Below are positions 41,201 through 49,561 of a DNA stretch of 50,319 bases, piece by piece; position 1 is the first letter of the stretch, and every line of letters begins with the position of its first letter. The notes under the pieces were generated by a model, which searched no databases, had not been told where the DNA came from, and was given only the letters and a program-made list of their open reading frames with translations. The position numbers were made by a program, and so were the translations under genes. This DNA comes from Girardia tigrina (Eukaryota), in the NCBI GenBank assembly GCA_001938485.1, contig MQRK01247877.1:95517-145835 (forward strand). The letters are read 5' to 3'.

Positions 41201-44200
41201 AACACTACCTCTAAAACCTAAACTTGGAGGGACAGGACCCCCAAGTCAGGATAGAATGAAGAAAATAATGTCTAATAGTGTTAATCAAAGTTCAACATCA
41301 AGTGCATTAAAGAAAATGATGAAAAGATGTAAAGCTAATAGCAGGTAAAACTCTAAGTGGAAAATATATTTAGTTGATTGAATTTATTAAAAACTAGTTT
41401 TACTGATGAAAAAAAATTGAAAAATAAATCTAAAAGTCGGAGTGCACATAATTCCCCTGATCGATGCCAAGTATCAAATCCAGATTTAGCATTTAATGAT
41501 ACATTTTCCAATGTTAAAGTTAATTCCGAAATTATGTCAACAAGTTTCACTTCAACCAGCAATACCAATTTAAAGGTAGAAGCACCGACAGTGAGGATGC
41601 GCAAAATGAGATCCAGATGCGACAGTCAACCCGATCTCAGAAAAATGGTGAGATTTTAAATAGAATTATAAAACTCAAACACCATAATATTTACAAAACT
41701 CTCATACAATCTTAAATGATGTAATTTGAAAGCTTTTTATAGTAACTGTCATTTTAAAGTTTGCTTCCCTATTTCCTCGTTACACATTTGTGTTATTATA
41801 TGAGTAAATTTTGCAAAAATGGCTTTTTTAATAGTTTTAAATGTTATAACTTTGTATTTATTTTTATGTTAATTTACTTTTATTTTATATAAAGTAACAA
41901 ATTTCTTTTATTCTTTCTTAATATTATGATACCAGCAGGTAATGATGGATTGTTCCACGCCTTTATGAAAGAGCAGAATGATTCAAAAAATATTGTATAG
42001 AAATACGGGAATATTTTTTTAAAGGAATAATACATCTTGCAAATTTTTTTATTGACAATTAATGTTGAGGGTCATACCGTTATCATCTTTGTCATCAAGT
42101 ATGAATATACCTTTTAAATCTGCAATCAAATAATCTTTGAATAATTGTATTCTTAAGACAAGTAGGGTCGTTGAGCATTAATTTTGCGGTCAAAAGATCT
42201 AATAGATAGCGCATCAAAGAATTATCAAAATGAATAAATCGAATTTTGAAATTACATATTTGAGTTGGATATCTTTCGAACATGAAAAATTTAAAATGTG
42301 TTTGGTAATTAATATCTGACCCCACTTAGATTATTTTCAAAACTCGTATATCATGGTAGTTAGGGAAGCATCTTGCATTTTCTGTTACAATAGAATCATA
42401 GAAGACAGTCTCAATATTAGTGAAAATACTTTTGCTGGATATCGAAGGATTGGTTTCGTTTTGATTTTTTAATTATACCTTTTAAATCTGCAATCAAATA
42501 ATCTATTCGTAATTATTATATGTTTTATAATACAATTTTTTTAATACAATTATATAAAACACACTGTATTCATACATATGAATATTTTTGAATGGTGTTT
42601 ATTGTATGTTGTTTGGTATGTTGTTTTAGGATTGTATTTCTCCCATCCAGATGGAAGATTGATATTTTAAATATTTTAAAACGTCGGGTTATTTAATCAA
42701 TAATTAGAATTTAAATAATCACTTTAAAATTAAACTAATATTTCATAAATAATATTTCTAGTGACTCAAACTTGAAGTTAAAGTTTACACAAAAATCCTT
42801 GACCGAATTTTGGATTGGAACTAGAACTGAATTTCCCTCAATTTCTGAAATGGCATTAAATATTCTTTTGCCATTTAACACCACATATTTATGTGAAACA
42901 ACTTTTTCTGCTTTGATGCATATCAAAACGAATTATCGTTCACAACTGAAAAACGCTGAAGAAGCCTTACGCCCAGCCGTATCAAATATAGTTCCCGTTT
43001 TGATTTGTTATGCAGCAAAAAGCAAGCTCATCCATCCCATTGAAAGATTTTTTCGTTTTAAAATATTGTAATAGTTTGTTTTATAATAAATTATGCTTTA
43101 TGATGATTAATTAATAATTACTACTTATTATCTTTGTATTAAAATGTTGTAAAAGTTTATTTTATAATAACTTAGGTTTCATATTAATTAATAGTAATAA
43201 CATAAATGGCATCACAAAATTATGACCTTAAATTTTTATATTTAACATCTGGGGTCGCGAAAAAATTGTGGATCATAAATTGGGTCGCAACGGAAAAAAA
43301 AATTAAGAACCTCTGATTTAGAGTATAAATTATTTTTGTAGTAATTAAATTATAATTTAAAGTATAAATTATTTTTGTGATAATTAAATTATAGTATAAA
43401 GTATAAATTCTTTTTGTAATAATTAAATTATAATTTAAATTTGTTTTAATAATAAAACGTTAAAGAATATTAGAAAAGATAACGTTTATTAAACGAAATA
43501 CAATTTGTTATCAGTTCTCATTTCAAAGAAAACTAGGTAACATTTATTATTATTGTTATCATATTGTTTTCTTTAGCCTGACAAATTGTCGTTTTATCAG
43601 TGATCAAAGAATTTCAACTCTTCGTTTTATCCGTCTCTTATAGAGTTACTAGGAAAAGACCTGTCATGTATGACAGGGGAGTTAAATTTTCGTCTTTGAA
43701 AGTTTCTGTTTTAATTTATAAATCACAGTTATAATTTTTATTTATTGTTTCGAATTGGGTGTTTAATTTTTCAATTTTTTAAAATTTAATTTCTTTTAAT
43801 TCAATTTTTTATAATAATTAAAAAGAAACTATAAGAATAATATAGTAATAATAATACAAATAATAAGCGATAATAACTCGATAGCTTCAGGGAAAGTGGG
43901 TTAAAATTGCAAGAAAAACAGTTTAAACATTTGTAGATAATCTAGTAAATGATGTCATAAAACGATGGAAATAAAACGTAATGAAATCGTAAAACTATTT
44001 TTGCCAAAAATTTTTTTAAATTTAAATTTAAATCATAGTTCTTTTATAAAGATAATAAATTAATTTTCCAAAATAATATTTTACATTCTTATTAAAAACA
44101 TTTGTAATATTCAATTAACAAAGTACAATTAAAAAAATAATTAAATTTGTTTTACTGAACTCCGGGAACTTCACACAGAATGACAGACAGAAATCATAAT

Positions 44201-45356
44201 TCTATTATATTATTAATTGATACATAATATATTATTGTATTTTTATAAAAATAACAGTGTTATTTATCCAAATTTACATTAGAGTTATTAAGAACACCAA
44301 CATGGGTTTTCGAACTTTTGTTTTCAATGTAATTAGAACTGTCTTTTGGACAACTCTCAGCAAAGCTTTCGTAATTCGACATCGTTCTAAATTGATATAT
44401 TTTAGTTAATGTTTTTTTAATAAACAATTATTCGAACAAATTTTTCATTATTTTTAGATTTTATTTTTAAAGTTCAAATTTTGTAATTTTAATAATAATT
44501 CTATCTACATATTAATTTTATTTAAAAAATATTTTATGTAAAGAAAGAACATTTATTTAATTTAAAACTTAGTTAAAGATATTTACTTTATTTAAATTTT
44601 TAGTATTTAAAACGATTTAATATTTTTAAAGTTCTTAAATATCTTATGCTGTACTTTAAAATGCAAATTATACTCGAATAATTATTTATCATGAACATCC
44701 AAAATATCAATTTTCCATCTGGGTGGGAGAAACACATTTTCAAATACTAAACTCAACATACAATTTCAACATACAAAATTTAAAATATTCCTCACAAGAG
44801 TGTTGGTAACGTCAATTGATCGAGTTTTCCTAGCACTTTGGCTACATTATTTATTCCAAAGATATTTTGATGTGGAACAGTTGGATAATACATATAATAA
44901 TATTTGAATATTTTGAATTAGAATTAATAGAACAATTCTTTGTTATTTCTATAATTTAATTTTTACAATTACAATAATATAAACATAATTTTTTATAAAA
45001 GTACAATTTTAAAAAAAATAAATTTCACTATTACAATATTAATTACTTTTATTTGTTTTTATGTAGAATTCTTATAACAGTGGAGAAACAGTGAAAAGTT
45101 CTGGTGAGTCTGTGATCAAAATTTTTTACAGGGATTCCAGTGACACGGGAATTTCTGGAAAATCTAATGTAAAATGTACATACTTGATTATTAATAAAGA
45201 AACGGAAGCATTAGAAGTGATAGTAAAAAGTGTTTGCGAGTTAAATTTATCATGCGCATCAAATTCGGAATTTTGCCTATGTGAAGTATCTGTGGAACCA
45301 GGCTCAATTGTGAAACAGAAAGCAATAAAAGAGAACACAAATAATTTATTAGAAAA
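6821..45356 (+). CDS. RAPGEF2: PDZ-domain Rap guanine nucleotide exchange factor (RAPGEF2/RAPGEF6-like), multi-exon, partial; exons 6821-6938, 7014-7138, 14282-14383, 23539-23799, 23870-24061, 26523-26808, 34454-34828, 41086-41344, 41398-41647, 45067-45356
   Basis: Manual splicing gives one open frame with GT-AG junctions and matching phases (1,0,0,0,0,1,1,2,0). The domain order cNMP-like, REM, PDZ, RA is diagnostic of PDZ-GEFs. Start codon uncertain; CDC25 domain not found in window. Confidence 0.9.
7014..7138 (+). CDS. RAPGEF2: PDZ-GEF exon: acidic segment ...ITNSDSDDDDDLSDFTFNE
   Basis: Phase 1 to 0; matches the DSEDDDDEED acidic stretch that precedes the cNMP domain in RAPGEF2; gag|gtgatt donor. 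Confidence 0.75.
7797..7980. repeat. Fold-back (palindromic MITE-like) element, about 86-bp arms, about 12-nt spacer
   Basis: aataattgaactagttaatcaaggataaactgtttatcc... pairs with ...ggataaacagtttatcctcgattaactagttcgattatt without indels. Confidence 0.85.
8680..8808. repeat. (TA)n microsatellite spanning an assembly gap (8731-8780)
   Basis: Directly visible; other (TA)n tracts at about 10823-10865, 26169-26199, 36960-36981 and 50296-50319. Confidence 0.95.
10117..10437. mobile_element. Composite non-autonomous element: inverted arrays of tgaaattgaactt-like repeats around a MULE-like terminus (ggattaagtgtcc repeats ending ccccgtacc)
   Basis: 10117-10150 is the reverse complement of about 10405-10437; tandem repeats at 10213-10290. 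Confidence 0.55.
12140..13140 (+). mobile_element. Internally deleted MULE/Mutator element with about 90-bp repeat-built TIRs and a C-terminal transposase remnant (12390-12988)
   Basis: TIRs 12140-12228 and 13037-13140 (aaaaaacagca repeats); G.YFHLCQSL.RK and KTTNCCEGFHN motifs of MULE transposases, with an in-frame stop at 12707-12709. Confidence 0.85.
12304..12340 (-). ncRNA. Minimal type I hammerhead ribozyme in a short Penelope pLTR fragment (family 1)
   Basis: Minus strand reads gc-CTGAAGA-t-ggtgga-aaa-tccacc-GAAA-tatatt-gc; homologous to 19648-19701. Confidence 0.72.
14282..14383 (+). CDS. RAPGEF2: PDZ-GEF exon: ISCQDHIKDILQKPPEDRSNQENETIMNVIQNIP
   Basis: tttcag acceptor, gtgagt donor; aligns by eye to RAPGEF2 [31 protein letters not shown]. 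Confidence 0.88.
14710..15290 (-). mobile_element. 3' LTR (family A) of a Gypsy remnant; contains a gap
   Basis: Preceded on the minus strand by the PPT gaaggggga (15291-15299); termini TATGAG...CTCACA; homologous to 40290-40953 and 24154-24924. Confidence 0.75.
15521..16510 (-). pseudogene. Ty3/Gypsy integrase remnant with in-frame deletion of the catalytic core
   Basis: H-H-C-C zinc finger (IHRDLCHVG...CQEC), first catalytic D (VVMDI), STTGYSPFEVVFG, GPY module. Confidence 0.88.
16705..17134 (-). mobile_element. Solo LTR (family B) with gap, nested in another LTR-like repeat starting at 16572
   Basis: Minus-strand TGTGAGGAATATT...TTCTCTTAACA; flanks atcat/gtcat (4/5 TSD). Confidence 0.65.
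17900..19595 (+). pseudogene. Penelope RT/GIY-YIG ORF with in-frame stops at 19247-19249 and 19496-19498 and a late frameshift
   Basis: ORFs 17948-19249 and 19286-19498 are in the same frame; the EALLIK..NPSINVQ terminus is in another frame. Confidence 0.9.
19665..19701 (+). ncRNA. Minimal type I hammerhead ribozyme motif in PLE pLTR (family 1; stem II basal pair mismatched)
   Basis: gc-CTGAAGA-t-tgtgga-aaa-tccacc-GAAA-tatatt-gc; PLE pLTRs are known to carry minimal hammerheads. Confidence 0.7.
22019..23371 (+). mobile_element. Full-length Tc1/mariner-superfamily DD41D (rosa-type) transposon, 1353 bp
   Basis: 30-bp TIRs cagggtgagtcagaagtcac(a/t)gggcagtca with 1 mismatch, TA TSD; WSDEA, QQDGAPPH, SPDLTPPD with 41-residue D-D spacing. 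Confidence 0.95.
22218..23284 (+). CDS. DD41D transposase; single frameshift in the A7 run at 22271-22277
   Basis: ATG at 22218; from 22277 the -1 frame is open through the GRP motif into ORF 22598-23284. Confidence 0.8.
23539..23799 (+). CDS. RAPGEF2: PDZ-GEF exon: cNMP-binding-like domain, N-terminal part (LFSLWTQSLRYAACKLAKLEVVEK...SFGADLRKSEPQ)
   Basis: ORF 23584-23817 extended to the ag acceptor; W..LQGTLEV and SFG motifs of the CNB fold. Confidence 0.88.
23870..24061 (+). CDS. RAPGEF2: PDZ-GEF exon: end of cNMP-like domain and linker (VSKVFLVTTSNDCWLMLI...KGPVLVK)
   Basis: 70-nt intron upstream; gtaagg donor; resembles RAPGEF2 ..DDCQFVCI..VMVKEHR..KGHIVIK. Confidence 0.9.
24154..24924 (+). 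mobile_element. Solo LTR (family A-related) with 5-bp TSD ATTAT
   Basis: attat|TATGAG...gttgcaaccacttCTCGCA|attat; 3' end matches the reverse complement of 14710-14780. Confidence 0.7.
25099..25322. mobile_element. Small piggyBac-like MITE, degenerate
   Basis: Ends cccttaacgcg / cgcgttaatggg; internal acccgagt..actcgggt hairpins; TTAA TSD not intact. Confidence 0.45.
26523..26808 (+). CDS. RAPGEF2: PDZ-GEF exon: REM (RasGEF_N) domain
   Basis: ATVKKLIDHLFENHSIVDNTFTEDFFLTY...KWIKNHFQE matches the REM consensus (HSVVDPTFIEDFLLTY...WVNNHFND); aacag acceptor, gtaatc donor. Confidence 0.93.
27245..28114 (+). pseudogene. Gypsy pol remnant (RNase H, integrase zinc finger) ending at a PPT-like tract
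   Basis: FILDTDASFDTIGAVLSQKD...Y....KELL; NADAMSR; decayed H-H-C-C; gggaTGT junction. Confidence 0.85.
28115..28768 (+). mobile_element. 3' LTR (family B) interrupted by a PLE pLTR fragment (about 28350-28548)
   Basis: TGTAAGGAAT...TTCTCTTAACA; similar to 16705-17134 and 48292-48400; insert similar to 48610-48815. Confidence 0.65.
28417..28455 (-). ncRNA. Degenerate hammerhead motif (family 2), probably inactive
   Basis: Minus strand CTAAAGA-t-gaagg-ttata-ctgtc-GAAA-ttaatt-gtc: core G5 changed to A and stem II weakened relative to 48669-48715. Confidence 0.55.
34454..34828 (+). CDS. RAPGEF2: PDZ-GEF exon: divergent PDZ domain (frame not shown in ORF track)
   Basis: 375-nt phase 1-1 open frame DCAGKIYHTCSKYSTPRSVTII...LYISQIKNCLDLRPGDRIIQINN...LTILNVKYDPE; LRPGDRIIQIN is a PDZ signature. 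Confidence 0.88.
34997..36961 (-). mobile_element. Tigger/pogo-like DNA transposon with disrupted transposase (about 36470-35188)
   Basis: Ends cagtgggtgccgctttat / ataaagctgcgcccact in TA runs; CENP-B-type HTH (GWLTRWKVRNNI), IFNTDESGLYY, KDRLTV, FLPSNTTS. Confidence 0.92.
37420..37634. repeat. Near-perfect 215-bp palindrome (106-bp arms, 3-nt loop)
   Basis: Centre at 37527; no indels; two substitutions seen between arms. Confidence 0.95.
38230..38720 (+). pseudogene. Highly decayed mariner transposase fragment
   Basis: Remnants of DEKW-region, W..E..P, and SDL/DYYLF-like motifs across frameshifts. Confidence 0.45.
40290..40953 (+). mobile_element. Solo LTR (family A), 3' end degenerate
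   Basis: Starts TATGAGAGGTTAATTTAAATT; colinear with the reverse complement of 15290-14740. Confidence 0.7.
41086..41344 (+). CDS. RAPGEF2: PDZ-GEF exon: linker (GFYSPFLVNYLKTKVKPRS...KANS)
   Basis: Phase 1 to 2, continues the frame of the PDZ exon; cag|gtaaaa donor. Confidence 0.75.
41398..41647 (+). CDS. RAPGEF2: PDZ-GEF exon: Ser-rich linker ending RCDSQPDLRKM
   Basis: 53-nt intron upstream, phase 2 to 0; SQPDL resembles the SNPDL motif found before the RA domain of PDZ-GEFs; gtgaga donor. Confidence 0.78.
42745..43315 (+). mobile_element. hAT/Charlie 3' fragment: dimerisation domain plus terminus
   Basis: EFW....EFPSISEMALNILLPFNTTYLCETTFS...IKTNYRSQL; ggggtcgc subterminal motifs and aagaacctctg end. 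Confidence 0.85.
43322..43438 (+). repeat. 39-bp tandem repeat, 3 copies
   Basis: agtataaattatttttgtagtaattaaattataatttaa-like units at 43322, 43361 and 43400. Confidence 0.9.
44286..44796 (-). mobile_element. Solo LTR (family B), 511 bp, perfect 5-bp TSD AGAGT
   Basis: agagt|tattaagaac...aatattcctcaca|agagt; inverted homologue at 48292-49785. Confidence 0.85.
45067..45356 (+). CDS. RAPGEF2: PDZ-GEF exon: Ras-association (RA) domain
   Basis: VIKIF...YLIINKETEALEV...FCLCEVSVEPGSIVKQK matches RAPGEF2 RA (YIMISKDTTAKEV...YSLCEVSVTPEGVIKQR); gtaagc donor. Confidence 0.93.
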
Positions 45357-45404
45357 GTAAGCTCTGAATTAAATAAGTCACTAAACCATTATAAATAATG
45401 TTAA

Positions 45405-46620
45405 TATATTTATCGAGGACTGCCGGATGGAAATCTTCTGCACCTGCTTCCATTTGGGGCTCCTCCATACTCTCTGGTTTTTACATGGTTTGTATGGAGT
45501 CCATGGGTACTTCCTCCTCTCATCCTCGATCCGGTTAAATCTTCGGATCCCTGGGAATCTTTCATATCTAGGAAATGACCATTGCGTCGAAAAATATTTG
45601 ACATTGGATATCGAGCACGCTATCGCAATATTTCTAATAGTCTTTGGTGGGATCTTTAGACTTGTTTTAGACTTGTACTGCGCTTTGGCGTAGTTCCGAT
45701 ACACCCTACCTGGAGTGTGTGGAGCAGTACAGTTGTATTCGGCATGCCCCTTCTACAAGCAATAGCCAAGGACTAGTCGTGATCCAAGTTCTTGGTATTG
45801 CTGTTTTCCATATTTTTCTGTGTGTCATATTGACACTTGACATCTATGAAATACAGAATGTTTTGCCCTGGGAGCATTATTTGCTGGTCTACCCGTTGTT
45901 GTGACGGAACATATGCAGACATAGCATCTATATGTATTTCACAATCTAAGTGCTGTGTTATTTGTTCTGCCAAAAAGTATAAGACCGCATTATGTTGGTA
46001 CTTTCTAAACTCAGCACTCGGTCAAAAGATATAGCACAGTCTCATTATTTTGTGGAAATCTTCTACAGTGTCCACCATTAGTACGAATATCACGTCGGTA
46101 GTTGACGGGCACTGTATATGTCATTGCCTTCTGAGAAAAAGTACCATTCAGTATAATTAAGTCCTCCTCCATATACTGCATCGTGAAAACTAACCACGGA
46201 GATTAGACTTCTCGCAAATCTCCTGGTACTACTCTGCTTTAGATTTTTGTGTGTTCATGACTTTTCCCATAACCTTCTACGTGTCCTGGACACACTTTTG
46301 TTGAGCATCGGCATGAGCAGTAAGTTTTCATCGATGTTGTCCCTTATTATTTCTGTTTCTCGATTTGCTAGTCGTCCTTCCGAGACTAGACTCTGATGTA
46401 TATGTATACAAATGCGTGTTCGTTCTGCACCAATTCTATTTTGATTTGGTGCAGTTGTAAAATTTTGTGTATTACAACCTTTATTTTCCTCCACCGGTTT
46501 TTAATTTTACCTGATTGTGTTCCTCTATTGAGTCAACTGATTGCTGTCTCAATAGAGATAATGTCAGCTTTCTTCTTTCCACTGACTTCTCTTTGAAGCA
46601 AAAATAAAGCGACATCTGTT
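45405..46620 (-). mobile_element. 3' remnant of a non-LTR retrotransposon with restriction-like endonuclease (R2/NeSL/R4-type group)
   Basis: Decayed CCHC knuckle (CRR...ETV..LLTEC), QHNAV (RHN), QRVD...FIDVKC.YD (PD..D-type nuclease motif), followed by a GC-richer 3' UTR. Confidence 0.72.
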
Positions 46621-46999
46621 GTCACTTCATCACTGCATGTAATCATTTGGAAGCAGTGAGAAAGTGACTGAATCAGTATTCATCCAATATAGATTTTAGT
46701 TTCTCCAAATTCTAGTCTTTCGATCCAATTTAAATATAAATAAATATCTGTTTTCAAAACAGTTAATTTTGTCTTTTAATAAATTAGTTTGTATTGACGA
46801 TTGACAATCTGTTAATTTTGTCACCGTTCTTTTGTTTGGGTAATTTAGCGATGTTACTAGGGTGTTCAATATTTTTCTATTTTTGTGCGTTATATTGATA
46901 TTAAAAGATGAGGTTATATTTATATCATGAAATAATAACAAATTTTGTTAAAATTATTTATTTATTTGACAAAGTATAATTGATCATGATCAATGGTTT

Positions 47000-47700
47000 T
47001 TCTTCATATTTTTACAAGCTGTTCTATTCCATGGTGATAACAGGTCTGATCCTTGGAAGCAAAGAATAATCTGCATTCCATTTCATCGTCATCATGTATT
47101 CCAAAGTTACGATCAAGCAAAAAGTGAACCATTGAGTGAAAAAAATAAAAATCTGACAAATCAAGTCTTGGACTATAAAGGGGTTAGGGTAACAGTAAAA
47201 ATTCCAGGTCATAGTTTTATTGTTTTGTTAAAGCTGCAATATATGAAGAAACATTATCCCACTTAAATGACACTCATTTGACTATTCTTGAATATTGTTG
47301 CCTCATAACATCCTACACACGTTCTACTTGTACAGGCTCCATACCTATGAAATTCCACCAAACACAAAACACGATCTTGTGTTCGAATAACCCACTTTTG
47401 AAAAGAAGATATAGCTAGTAGATCAGGATCTAACCATTGATTTTGCATATTTGGATCATGAAAATAGATCCATTTTTCGTCTTGGGGATTCGCAAGCAAC
47501 AAGTTTGGAGAGATCAAGACGCCATTGTGCTTGCTCAGGAATGAATTAATGAGGAACCCCAGACAACATCGGTTAATTCTATCAATTTCATGGTACTTGT
47601 GGTGGTTAGTTTAATTTGAATTATCCAACTCTTCTGATAGTACAACCAACTTATCATTCTGAAACGGGATTTTTCATTTGAAAAGAGGTGACATTATTTG
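47000..47700 (-). pseudogene. Decayed mariner transposase
   Basis: DEKWIYF...QWLDP and YSPRLDLSDFYFF (YSPDLAPSD-like) on the minus strand. Confidence 0.75.
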
Positions 47701-48603
47701 AAAAGTGAAAGAATCTAAACAATGTATGAATTGATAAATGTCAGCAATAAATTAAAATGTATAATAACCGTCTAACAAAACTCTCCTTAATATGCCCCAC
47801 TGGATATCCTTTATTTGTCTACTTTACAGTGTTACATCTCGTATTTCTTCAGTTGAACTGTAGTAATTGGCAGAACCCAAATAGGAAATGTAGAAATCAC
47901 ATTTTTGGACAAAAATAATTCTAATTTTCACTTACATTTGTTGGCAAAATAAATAATGTCAATTCTATATTATGAAATATTATATTATTTTTTGCAAGTT
48001 TTACCAAATCATCAAAATTTATTTTTATACAAATTGATTACCTTAATCGACATTATACAATATTTTAGAATAATTAAATTCAATTTGTATTTGGTGATCA
48101 AGTTCAATATAAAATACTAATTGAATAAAATGATACTTACTATGATATATATCAGTTTATTTGACTGACTTATTACAAATTAACTTCTATGTTAGTATGA
48201 GTAGACTGGCTTACTCTTATCAAAATAAGTGGTACCCACACCTCTGCCTTCCATCCCAAATAGAATATTCAAAATTTACAACAATAATGACTGTGAGGAA
48301 TATTTTAAATTTAGTTTGTTGAATTTTGTATGTTGAGTTTAGTATTTGGAAATGTGTTTCTCCCACCAAGATGGAAAATTTATATTTTGGGTGTTCACGA
48401 TGAATAATTATTCAAGTATAATTTGCATTTTAAAGTACGGCATAAGATATTTAAAAAATTTTAAAAATATCAAATCGTTTCATAATTTTAATATTAAAAA
48501 TTTAAATAAAGTAAATAGCTTTTAACTATGTTTTAACTTATATAAATGTTCTTTCTTTAAAGAAAATCATTTTTTAAATAAAATTAATATGTAGATAAAA
48601 TTA

Positions 48604-49561
48604 AAAAATGATGGCAACTTATTTTTAAAGACAAAAATACGCCATTTATTAAATAAACATTTATTTTTTTAAGACAATTAATTTCGACGGTATAACCGTC
48701 ATCGTCAGGTCTCAAGAAAAAAATGAATTTTAAATCTGCTTATATAGGCAAGCAGTGATTATGTCATCTAAACACGCTCAATAGGGTTTCCGAGAGACCC
48801 ATTTGCACATTAATCTTAGAATCTAAAGATCTGATATAAAGTACTTCACAGGTCACCCTCTCCCAATAGTTTTTAAAACGAGAACACAGAATTTTAAAAT
48901 CATTTATGTTTATTTTTTCATTCGACTTATAACCCTTTCTGTGTTCTGCAATATTACTCCCACCTACATTCCTACTATGTTCTTGAATTTTCCTACAAAG
49001 ATGACGGGACGTCTCTCCAATGTATGTGGCATTACACCCATTACATGTAAATTTATATACGAGATCCGAACATAATCCACATGGGGTTGGAGATTTATTA
49101 CAAAATACATTTTGGATTTTATATGTTTGTGATATTATTTTAAATTAAAGGCATTATTTACGCATTTTAAAATTGAACGCTTAAATTGACCTAATCCTTC
49201 TGAATATAGAATGCTTAAAACGTATTCTAAAGTTGTTGATTCTTCCTTATCATTTTTAATCGGTTTATTAATTAATTTATCAATTGTTTCTTTGGTCAAT
49301 TTCTCAACGATCGATTTTCAATAACCATTTTTATTCCATAATTTAGTTAATTGGTTAATGCTATCACAATTTTTTGTATAAGTTGATGATAATGACCAAG
49401 ATCGAAAAATTAGTCCTCTAATCATATTACATTTGTATCGAGATACACAAAAACTGTTTGGCGTTGTATATAGCCCAGTATCAGTTTTCTTTCTGTAAAT
49501 CTCAGTTTCATGAACATCTCTTTTCCTTTTTACCTTCGAAATTAATTGTTTTAAAATATAA
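48604..49561 (-). mobile_element. 5'-truncated Penelope-like element (family 2) with 15-bp TSD and inverted tail
   Basis: HETEIYRKKTDTGLY...RSWSLSSTY..NGY; GIY-YIG VYKFTCNGCNATYIGETSRHL; TSD atgtagataaaatta at 48589-48603 and 49562-49576. Confidence 0.92.
48669..48715 (-). ncRNA. Minimal type I hammerhead ribozyme (family 2), intact
   Basis: Minus strand ttgagac-CTGACGA-t-gacgg-ttata-ccgtc-GAAA-ttaatt-gtcttaa: 7-bp stem I, 5-bp stem II, palindromic stem III, AUU triplet. Confidence 0.85.

Noticed and set aside
43578-43660. Candidate exon after ttctttag
   Set aside because: Stop after 8 codons in the required phase; not needed for frame continuity
47017-47265. Open + strand frame as the exon following the RA exon
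   Set aside because: Incompatible phase, and it is the antisense of a mariner remnant
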